Shown here in pieces: positions 12,901 to 24,900 of a stretch of DNA of 64,000 nt (within the stretch, counting starts at the first letter, position 1; each line of letters starts with the position of its first letter). The notes below the pieces were generated by a model. It saw only the letters and a list, made by a program, of their open reading frames with translations. It had not been told where the DNA came from and searched no databases. Origin of the DNA: Haplodiscus bocki (lineage: Eukaryota); the NCBI GenBank assembly GCA_965655095.1, contig OZ296649.1:135718001-135782000 (forward strand), written 5' to 3'. Both the position numbers and the translations under genes were made by a program.

Positions 12901-15900
12901 CCAAAAAAGGCTGCTAGCAGAATTGCGCTGTTCCTGCACTACCTGTAGCTGTAGCGGTACCGATCAAACCACTAGTTTCAATACACATCATTCAGTCGGA
13001 ATGTGTAAAGAAAGGAAATCATAAGACTCCTAACATCACCTTCTGCTTCCAGCTTTTTCAAAAGCGACTGAAAAAAGGAAGGAGACAGGGAGACCAGAGG
13101 AATGGGAGTTTGAACGTGAATTTGATGGTAGAGAAATTGAAGATAGATCAAACCTTGGTGTCTAGGTCGTCCAATCACGCTTCGGATCTCAACCATTTCA
13201 TCGCAACTTTCATCAGGAAGGTCTTCTTTCTGGGCCATTCTAGCCATTGGAAACCCAGCCTTTACTGTGTAAGAGCCAGAGTCAATCACAATAGTCTGTT
13301 TGCATTCTTGAAAACATATATATTCAGAGAGAAACTTAGGTATTATATTGGTTTTCGAAAATTATGACTTCTTTAGAAAACTAGTATACTATATCACGTT
13401 TTATCGAAAAAATAAGTCACAGTCCTGCCTATTTGTAGGTGCTGGTTTATGCAATCTCTCGGACACTCACTAGTAAAGAAATTTGATTAACGCATTTTCA
13501 ATAATAATTAAGATAATAATAATTTATCTGAATAACACCACATGTTATCTGAACATTCAACTGATTCAACTGACGAGTGTTTTTTTTGTAAGGTTTAAAC
13601 ATATTGACACTCCTGGAAAATTTAATCATCTGAGGCTCCTCTTCAGCGTGCTTAAGCCCTTTGGAAGTCTCTTCTAACGGATTGTTAGTTATCTAATTTA
13701 ATTTATTGAGTTATTTATATTATATACTGCAGATGAATTAAATTATTATAAATTATTATTGTAAAATATTTGCTTTTTTTTGGCCTGAAGATGATAGTGT
13801 CATTATCGAAACATGTTGTCGTAATTTAAGTTTTTGTTTCATTTATTTGGTTGATAAATATTTCAAACAAGGGTAATACAACAAAGACACTGAGGCGAAA
13901 CTGCTTCGCAACGCTTGCAGAAACGGAATACAAGAAACAAGTCATTCGCTTGATATTTAAAATAAAAACACTGATTCTCAAGCGGCAATGACGCAGTCAG
14001 TAGAGCATGTGACTGCAGCGCGAAAAGTTCGTCCTAGGTTCGAGCCTAGGACGCTCCCTCATCTTTCTGATCAAAATCTAGGAAGAACTGCGAGTTGTGA
14101 ACGGATTGAACAGAAAGTCCAGAGAAGCCTGTGCTATAACAGAGACCGAAACAAAGAGACCAAGAAAGACTTTCCAAGGCACATGCCCCCAAAGAGAAGG
14201 CCTTCACAATGGATGTCTGTGGTCTTTGATTTCTCTAAGACAAATCCCCAAAAATCGATTTCATTCCAATGAGCCCAAAACTTAATTTTTGAGGTATATG
14301 ATAACAGGGTAGATGTATTCGTCTCCGTCGGCAGTAGTCCTTAAAATTTTGATAAAATAGTAAATATATGAATATATTGTTTGTTGTCTAAGCTGTTGAA
14401 AAAAAAAACATTGTACTTTTTCTCTCAAGAAGCGCCGACAATTATTACTGTGTGCTTAACTTAAAAAGTTATCTGCAATACCGCCTGAAATCTGAATTTT
14501 CTGAATTTGAGCAGTGCTCTTGAAGTTTTGATGTGATTTTAAAAAAGACTAGATTACATTCAAGCATAGGCGTCAAGGATACTATGCATTATGGGGCTAA
14601 GAAATGAGCAGTCAAAAACGGAAAATTGAAAAAGCAGAAAATGGGGTGCGAATAAAATGAACAATTTATAAAGAAAAATTCCAACAAATGGGAGCACTTG
14701 AAAGTGAATGAAAGTAAATAGAAATGAAGGTAAGTAAAGAGACGTTCGTTCACTCGCTAAGTTCAAACAGAACGACATTACCTCGTGGTCCAAGTTCAAT
14801 CTTCATCACTCAGCCAGCTAGCCACGAATCGATTTCCGAAGATGCGAAAAAAAAACAGATTAAAATCAATACCACTTGAGTTAATTGCTTAATGCCTATA
14901 AATTCCAAAGACTTGACTGAGGAATTCGAATAAATTAAAAAAACAGGAAACACGTCACCGAAATTCCTCTCTCGGCTGTTGAAAAGTGGCTTCAATTTAG
15001 CCGTACATTGCAGCTAAGAACGAGAGTTAGCAGATGTTTAGTTTGCATAGTTAATGTAAATTTTGTATGATTTAATACATGGGCATTTCATTTGTCTTGA
15101 TGATTGTCTCCTCGTAGATACCGGCTCTTCCTATACTAGATCCGGGAAGGTGTGTTCATTTGCATTTCCTTTGAAGTTGGAGTTTGCAGTGTAATGTTTT
15201 AAGCTGTTACCGCAAATTATCGCATTGCTACTGTGTCTCTTGTTTTTACTTTCGTGTGCGAATAAAAAGTGTACTGGAGCCTACACTAAAAACAGAGCCT
15301 GCTTGAAATTAAAAGACCTTCTCACTTTTAGTGATCCGCTGGTCAAAAGTTGAGTCGACATACCCTCCCCTGAGTCGCAACACCAGGTGGAAAACATCAC
15401 CTGTCTGCACATTCAAATCATGCAATGTGACTGAATTATCATTCAGCTGATTGCCTTTGAAAACCAGTCGCTGCTGATCCAATGGAATACCTTCCTAAAA
15501 TACAAAACTCTTATTATTTCAGAAACTTTTAAGGCCAAAAGAGGACATCTTTGATACATCCTGCAAATTACATTTATGATACATTATTGAAAAACATAGG
15601 CATCAAGAGGCTAGACATAGCACTAAGAAATTAGCACAGTCAACAGACGCGAAGCGGAATTTCCCAATACATTTTGACTGGTCAGTTGAAATCAAAGATA
15701 TTGAGAAACAATTTAGACATAGCAGAAACTTGCTCAGTTTTACGTTTTTTACATTTCTCGAAGATTGGACGGCCTGATGGTGTGACCGGAAAAATCATGA
15801 TTGATAAATTAATTTTTTGATAGAGGGTGTGGCAAGTAGTTGACTCAAGTCGACTTTTTAGGACAAAAACTTGATTGACAAATGGTCTAGTAATTCTAAA

Positions 15901-18900
15901 AGTGTCAATCACGTCTATGGTCAGACTGCCTCATAATCAAAAATTGATATGCCACGTCTTTTCGGGTTATTCTATTTTGCCGCCCAATGTTTAACAAAAT
16001 TGCACTGTAAAAAAAGGCAAAAATGACCGATTACCTGCCACAGTGTCTCGCAATCAGAAAGTGATCTGCGAATCAAGTTTTCTCAGGTTAAGCCACTTCG
16101 CCTCCCAACGTTTCGCAGAGTAAAAAACGCGCAAAAAAATAAATGTCAAAAAGAGACCGTTTCTGACCGTTTACACCAGAAGACTACACACTCTGATGCC
16201 GCCAAAAAGTTTTGGGAGAATGGATTAAAAAACTAGGCACAAGCTCGTTTCAATACACATTCTTCCCATCACTCAAAGGAAATTGAGCAAAATTCACGAA
16301 AAATTAGGGACTACTTGAACGAGAAAATATCACTCGAATGGTGTGACAAATTTCAGAAAAAAAATTGAACAGTTAAGGCACTTGAAAATGAATGAAGTAA
16401 AGTAAATGACCGACCGTAAAAAAGACTTTCACTCACTTAATGCTTACAAACAACTGAAATGAAATATATGGAAGATATGCTGGAATTCTAGACACAGAGG
16501 CAAAGCAGCTGAACTTCGCAACATATTCTGACTTACCCGTTGAAAACAAAGATGAAATTAACAGACAAAAGTCCTGAGAGACATTTGCACCTTGATCGGA
16601 GACATGATTGACTATTCTAAAAATACTATACCATGTGTCTATCGAAAGTTTGTTCAAAAAACCCATTGAGACCAATACCTGTCCCAATGTCTAATAGTCA
16701 AAATTTGATCTGTCTATCATGTTTTTCAAGAATCGCGATTTTATAGTTTAAAAGCTTTACACATTAAACAACGCAAAAATGAACAACACAAGAATCCGAA
16801 AAAAAGGTAACCTGTAAAAAATTTCTAGCTCTCAAAATGGCTCATATCAGTCAACAAGACTTCAAAACAGTTTCAAAAAATTCTCATCTCACTTTTCAAT
16901 GATGAGGACATGTGAATCTTACTGAAACATTAAAAAAGTTGCATAATTTCGGTTAAATAAGTGTCAACTTTCATGATCTGAACCTAAATTTTCACAATTT
17001 GAGATTCAGGGCATGTGTCAATTTTAATGATTGACAGGAGGCACGTGCAGACTTGAACGAAAATCTGATATCTTCTTTACTGCTACTAACCTTTTTGAGT
17101 TTTGAGAACTTGAAATTTTTACATGTAACATTTTTTGGGGACAACTAATACGCTGCCCTCACTGTCTCATTTTCAACAAACTCCTGCTGACAAGAGGCCG
17201 TTTACACTAGATGACTACATTCTCGGATGAGGTCAAAAACTGCCAGTATTGGACAAGAAAAAAAACTATGCTTGAGCAGGTTTCCAATACACATTTTTGT
17301 GTTTCAGTCAGAATGTGTAAAAATGAGAAATTAATCAAAGGAACACAAAAACGTCTTGTCTAATGCGCTTCAAAAGTTCATTGTTGCCCCCAGTTTCAGT
17401 TTCACTTCTCACGTCGAAACGCAATTCTGTGATTCAACTCTTACCACTTGTTCGATTGCGTTTTTGAGGTGGTGTACAGTTTCGTATCTTTTGAACGTCA
17501 CTTCAAACTTTCTACCCGAGAGTAGAACCACTTTCACTTTCACCTCTCGCTCTGTCTCCGGTACCAGCCATCTCTCCAACTTGTCCTTATATTTCACATC
17601 TTCGCCACTTCTCAGTCTGAAACATTCTCTACTATTACGCACTCGGCTAAAATCCGATGAATCCCAATCGCTAGAAAAACAAGAGACGGAGTTTTGAGAC
17701 AGGACGTTTGAGACTCGCAATGAAAATTTAGGCTAATCCTCAAAATGCTGTTAAGGCAAAGAATTTTCCGACTAATAAAATTTAAATTTACTGGTATGGA
17801 ATGCATAATTGCGATTATTAGAGAAAATGAAAAGACTCGGGCTCTAAAAGTATTTTTTCGTACAGATGCCTAGGCTTCTAACAGCTTAAATGAGATGCGG
17901 CTGTAGTTGCGGGCAGTTTCAATTCGAGAGCAACTTTTAATCGAATAGTCCTCTCAGTAGCTGCGAGAAGGAGACTTCGAGAAATTTCGACGTTGCAATG
18001 TGTTAGAGGCCAAAAACCTTTCCATGCCCAAAGAAGAGTCGTTAAATGCAGCAATTTACCAACAATGTGCTTGCAATAGTTTTGAATACTTCTCGGTGGG
18101 CAACTTGCATTCAACTCATCTGTTCTATTTCGAGAAGTCCTCAATTATCTTGACCACTATCATATCATGACATCCTACAAATTAATTTGGTTTGGCTCGG
18201 TACTTCTCTCACAATACTTCTGAAAGTTACTCTTCCAAAACTTCGAGGTCCGTTCTCATCCTTAGCTCTTTAGCAGTCTGAGCTTTTTGTTAGTTTAACA
18301 TTCAAGTTCCATTTTGGTCCTCATGTTAGATTACAACCGCAAACAATTTCCAAAAAAAGGAGAAACAATAGCAAAGGATTTGCAATGATCAAGAGCCTGG
18401 ACTATGTGGAAACTCGCTTATCTAGGGAATCGCTGTAACTTTAGGTTTCCGAAGCTGTTTGCTTCAATGCGACTCCTATTCAAGGATGTGACAATTCGGA
18501 TCAAACAAATTTTTGATGTGATCTACTGTAGTTTATGGTCATGGAACGTAGGTAAAGAATAGTATGTGTTTCCTTTATTTCAACTTCAAAAGATTATAAT
18601 ATTTCATCCATTACTTTGTCTTCCGAATGATATTCAGTTTTTCTTCGTTCAAATAGAAAAGAAAACAACAAAGGATTCACGGATGCTATGCTTAAACAGT
18701 TAGAAATTGAACAGTGAAAGGAGCAGAGCAAGCTAATTCGAAAAAAACAGACAATATTGAAAAATCACATAAAAAAAGGCCAAAACTAGAGAGAAAGCTT
18801 GGATGACTTGGTATCCACAAGCAAGAGAGCTCACTACTTTGAACCCACTCGAAAGTAAATTGAATTACTTGGAATACCCTTCAAAGAGAACGAAAGTAAA

Positions 18901-21900
18901 AAAGACTTTGATTAGCGGCACAAAATTATAATCGAAAGGCAGGACAATCACATCCGAGATGTCAGAAAATGAGATTAGACAGACTATTGTACTCACTTCG
19001 ATATCCCTTTTTCTTTCACGCAGATATCCCTTCCTATTCCATCCGATTCTCCGTTCGGTGTTCCGGTTATTTTTTCAGTTAGCAAACAAGCGAAAGCCTT
19101 AGACCTATAGATTTCGCTATAAGGGTTCGAGCTGATTATCCCTTACAATTTTAATCGCATGAGACGAGACTTCAAAGTCTCTTCGAAGTTTTAATCCCAT
19201 TTGTCCGAGCGCAGATGATAATTTGTCTGAGGTGACCTTTAAAAGTTACGTAACAAAAATCTGAAGGTCACCGCTTTCGTTTTGAACACATTGTTATAAC
19301 TAAGCGTGAAACCACTCAAATCAATGCGTGGCCATCATTTGTTTTAATTGTTAAGCAACCAACACCAGCAAAGTCATTTTTACAATTCGTTCAGCATTCC
19401 GGTTGAACAGAATTGAAAAGTTGTACTTCGACCAAAAAAATTCTGTTGTTTGGTTTCCAATCAATTAATTTAATTGCTTTAACAATTCGGGCAGAACTCA
19501 AAATCGGTCCAAACAACTTTGCTTCATATTTCGCTTTGGTTTGGCCGGAAACCTCGTGTAGTATTCGAAGAAACACGGCGTATTGTTTTGAGCATTTGTT
19601 TCGAAAATCTCCGTAGTAAAAAACCGATAAGAGTTAGCTGACGAAAAAACCAAGCATGTAAATGTGTCATTAAATAATTTCTGTAACTCAAAGTCAAAAA
19701 CCGCCGCATTTTACACTAAATTGATGTTTTGATGTTGAATCCTGGTGGCAGGACAAAACACCCAAACCCAAAATACCCAAAGTTCTAAAATACCCAAGCC
19801 CAATTCATTCAGTCCCAAAATACCCAAGATTCAAATAAGTATACCAACTAAACAATTAACAGCCTCTCAACGCTAAGAGTTTCTAGACGCTACTGATTAC
19901 GTAGGTTTATACATTGCTTCAAAATGGATGCTAGACAGAACCAAATATTTTAGAAGGGGACAAAACAGCCGATTTTGAAAACGGGACAAAATTGCCGATT
20001 TTGATAATGAGACAAAACCGCCGATTTTAAAGTGGGACAAAACCGCCGATTTGTAATAATACAGATCACTAGTCTTTGCAAAGATAGAAGTTGTTCAAGA
20101 TTAAAGCGTCTTGACCTAATTATCGATAAGTAGCAATTAAATTACCAACATACCAATGAAAAGGTTCTACTCCAGAATACCAAACCCAAAATGACTAAGC
20201 CCAAAATACCCGAAGACAAAAAAATTGACTGAAATTCAAATTTTTCTAATATTAGCTTAAAATTCTGGGCGGGCACGAACAGAATATTTTGAAAATTGAT
20301 AATGCCAATATCTGCAAACTAAATTTTCTGTCACCTAATGAAATGCCAATGAAACAAATACTACAAAAACAATCTATTTTAATTTTTGCTTGTTCAGAGG
20401 AGTTCGGTACAGAAAAGATAGGGAGGGGGTGGGTACTACAAATTTAGGTTAAATGGAAGCGGGAGGTTTGATAAAATCTTTGTAGTTGGCATATTCCAAA
20501 ATTTATTAGCCGCAAAATTTGAAGGAAATTGCATTTAGGTAGAGGTATCCCAGTTATTATTTGTAATTGGTAATATAATTGCTAATTATCGATAATTAGG
20601 CCCAGACGCTTTTATCAGAGAAACAATTTTGATGGCAGTTCGTTAACTTTTACATAATCAGCGGTTTAGCCCCACTTTCAAAATCGGCCGTTTCGTATCA
20701 TTTAATTTGAAATCGGCTGCTTTGTCCTGCTCCCCTTCAAAATATTGGTGATGTCAGATTAAAATAACACATGTCAAAATATTTGCAGAAAATTACCCTG
20801 AACAGAAAATCATTTTTGAAAATTTAACATTTTGTTTTCGATGAAAAATAAACGGAAACTTGCATATCCAAAATTCCGTATTTCTTGTCCAAATATTTTC
20901 ATGCAAATAATTTTCTGTTTTTGAGATTTTGGAATTAGCATATTTCAATTTTATTAGTTCTTTTTTCTAAGTGGCCGCGCGTACTTTTCAATTTTTGTCC
21001 TATCCAAAAAGACAAAAAATGATTTCAAACACTTTTTTGAAAACATTAAAGTGTAACCTACAAACTTTTCGGCACTGAGACGAAACTTTGATAACCTTAT
21101 TATTTTGCACCAGACCGGTAAAAAGCACGGATTTGAGCCTTGACGGCCTTATCTGCCTTTTTCGTTTTTGTCGTGAATTTTATTGCATAAGTTTGAGTTT
21201 TCAAAAACCTTAAAATCCAAAAAAGTGAGGCTTTTCAAAGTAGATGCTAGATGTGGTAATAATTCTATTTAGTGTATTCATAATCGTGTATAGAATTTTG
21301 TTGAACAGAGCACTAATATTTAGCATCATATTTACGATATCAATTAAGTAATTACGCAACAGTCGAGTATTTCGGGTCCTTTACTTTTACGACGCTTGTA
21401 AGAATTTAAATGGTATGGTTGTTTAAATCTTGGGTATGTTGGCTTGGGATATTTTGGGACTTTGGGTATTTTGGGGTTTGGTATTTTGGGGTAGAACCGT
21501 TGAATCGTGTTTTTTCCTCAAAATACATCCATGAACTAAAGGGATACTTTCATTGCTTAAAATGAAAATTTTTCCTGGCAAAATTCATAGGCAACTTCTG
21601 CCGCTATTAGAACATAAAAGTGCGCAATCTCAGACAAATTCATGTGCAATAAGGTCTCAGATTCATGGCAAAAAGCCTTTGATACTAACGTTTGTAGAGT
21701 ATTGAAGATAAAGGAGGCATGTTTCAAATGCTCCTCAGACAGTTTTTGCAAAGTTGAATCTTCAAGCTGGGCCATTGTCCTCAAAACTTGGTTACCAATT
21801 GATTCTATCTGTTCAGTTCTGTCTAGACATGACATCACGTCAATCGAATCCGCTCCGAACTAAATCAAAAACAGTAAAAAAATTCTTCGATAAAATTCAG

Positions 21901-24900
21901 TCTTCAAGATCTGCACCGCTCAGTAAAATAAGTTCTCTCCATTCTTGATCTCACGACAAATAAAAAAATATAAAATTCTAAAACAACAAAAAAAAATATA
22001 TATATATTAAACATAAAAGTAGAAGTTGAATTTTCATGATACCACAAGACTGGTGCCCGAGAAGCAGTTCTGCTTTTCACTCGAACACGTCGACGGCCCA
22101 TACAAAACCTATTTCCCTATAGCGCAATCTATGGTATTGGCAACTAATTGGTCTAGTAATGCTAGACTAGCGGCAGAAGCGTCCGTGATTAATTAATGGC
22201 ATGGAAAATCTTCCTATGAAAGATAGCCCTTCACAAATCTTCTAAGGCGCTGCCGTTTCTGTTGCTTTCTCTGTGTTCTTTCTATTACACTCACCAGATA
22301 AATCCAATTATATTATTTTTCTACTAAGTCCTCAACTCGGTATTATGTCCCGACAATGACGAAAAGTTATGAGTTAAAAAAAGTTCGAGTCAAAACTTTA
22401 TAGACTCAAAGCTATTTATAATTCCGTTCTCTCTTCCCTCGCTCTCAACTTTTTGCGCTCAATTTGCTTTAACATTCATGCATTGCAACTTTTTTTTCAG
22501 ATTTTAGGACATTAGTTCTAAGACTCTGGTGACAACATCTGAGGATGAATTTCATGTTTTCGCCAAGCATAACTCCAAAACAGAAACGAAAATTCTCTTC
22601 GTGAAACACGAATAAATGTTATGACGTTATTTCAGATGACGTTAGTGTTGCAATCTTCTAAATATAAGCTCAATCAATTATTGAGTTTGTCAACTAAATA
22701 CGACACAAAAGCTGAAATGTGGATTCTAAGACATGCACACCTCGATCAATTTCTCGATAGGCAAAAATGTCTTTGGATCGTGTTTCGTCAACATTTTTGC
22801 CGCTTCATTGATTGATTGTGCAGCCGTCAACAGTGAGAAGGTCTTTTCTTTCTCAAAGGACTCATACTTGTCCAGAAACTGATCGTACGCCGACTAAAAT
22901 AAAAAAAAATATTTAGACTTTTCGAGTACCCCCCCCCCCCAAATTGAACATCAGCTGAGTCATACTATTCTGTATGAATAACTTGAATGAGTAATCACTA
23001 CTTCATAATGGCATGACTCACTCATTAGGATTTCATTAACTAATTTGTGACATTTTAGCAGTACTCATAACACAAAAAGTCATCGAGAAATAGTATAAAT
23101 GTCAAATTTTTGTCAATGCAATTGTTTGGCGGAGGGCATTTTTTTCACAGTAGGCTGGGAGGAGAAAAAACCCAATATTTGGTAGCTACTGTCCGTGAAT
23201 CCATTTAAGTTATACGCCAAACTTGTGATAAAACGGTCAAAAGTTGACTGGGATTATTTGTGTCAACTCACCCACTGAATAAACGAGAAACAATCCTGGA
23301 ACGCTCAAATCGACGATGCCCTCAGTGGGTTAAAATATATAAAATTTGAAATTCATATTATTCACAATGACTTATGAGTTATGTCATACTAAAATGGGCA
23401 CATATTCGATGATGTAGAATGAGTCATACCATTACTAAGTAGTCATTCTGATTCAAAATATCAATTGAGAAAGCCATGACTCAGCTAACTGCAATTTGAA
23501 AGAGGGGACAAATCTACCGGAAAAGAAACAATAAAACCAATTTATGATAGTTGAGCAATTAAGCTCTGACATTGAACTCACCTTGACTACGATTTCATTT
23601 TCCCACCCAATATAAGTCAAGCTGTCCACTCGTTCCTGGCTGATTATTTGTTGGATGAATTTTGCGTCCATGCTGAAAGTTTCATCCTGGAACAAAAAAC
23701 AAGGAACTTTTTAACAAACTAAATGGATCACACCAAAGAAAACGTGAGCACAGAACTGACCACACGATTGGGCTATAGGTCAAGGACAAAAATTTTGTTT
23801 TGAAAAAGTTCAAGAGAAAAAACTATATACTAATAAAATAGCAGCCCAAGTCGGATAGGAATTCGGGAAACTTTTGGGATAACCATTTAAAGGACTTCTG
23901 CGTAAGGGGGTGTTTGTAGGGACTACCATTCTATCCATTTCCATTTTCAAGGATAAATTCATCAAAGAGTTCACAATGCTTGCAATTGCCTAAATATTAC
24001 TGTGGATTAAAATTGTACACTTCCTCATACTGAAACTTGTCCTGCCACATCCATTGCTCAGCCCTCGATCCTTAATACCTGTACCCTAGTTAGAATAATT
24101 TCTATGAGTTTCAGATTTCTGTGACTTCCTGCCTTCGGACAACTTGGCTATGGCAAGCCAATCACCAGGATAATCTTCAAGATTAAAAATGGTAAGCAGA
24201 AAGCCGAGAAAAATATAACACAGAATATGAACATTGAAAAATTACATCAAATATACACATATTAATAACAACAACAGCACATACTACACACTAAATAGTC
24301 CCGAGATCACAAGGAGAGGAAAATGGGATCACTTCACCCACAAGGACCTGCCCTAACAGATTGAAAGCAGAGTAAAGATTTACCAATGAACATCTTTCTG
24401 TCGGAAAACGTATGGCAAAATATTTAATATATTAAGTTTATTTGACTTGCATGGTGCTGCCAAAAAGCCTTATGATTCGAACACGCAAACCCCGAGATTA
24501 GGTAAGGCAGTAAAAATTTGCCATACAATCAATATCTGTCGCTCTCTTTCTCGGAATTTCTTTTCAGAAAAAGGTTACTACAAGAATAACTTCAACGGAG
24601 CGTGGTTACTGATGCCGTCCGTTATAAAAATGTTTCAACGTCATCTTTACAGGCCATTTCCTGAGGGATCAATGCAGAAAAATACAACCTTTCAAGGCTG
24701 GCTAAATTTAAACGGTTATATCTTCATATCTTACGATTTAGGGTCTCAAATTGAAGCCCAAAACTGGCAAATAAAAAGAGGGGCCTCCCGGTTTAGACAA
24801 GCCTACCAACGGGCGGACCTGAAGCGGGAACGCATTTGATATGAGAGCGCTTAGATATAACTTGATAGTTCGAATGTTTACACATACTGCAATCAAAACA

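Noticed and set aside
10720-13306. Stand-alone actin gene or pseudogene
   Set aside because: Only residues ~8-55 are present, no other actin exons were found, and the flanks splice in frame to non-actin exons
13977-14060. tRNA genes (also ~1925, ~40060, ~47350)
   Set aside because: A/B-box remnants without a cloverleaf; better explained as SINE heads
14781-14807. Possible phase 1-1 micro-exon between the Ubl and actin exons
   Set aside because: Good donor but poor acceptor, and not needed to keep the frame
18350-18700. Possible hAT-like transposase remnant
   Set aside because: Only a vague [14 protein letters not shown] resemblance; not supportable
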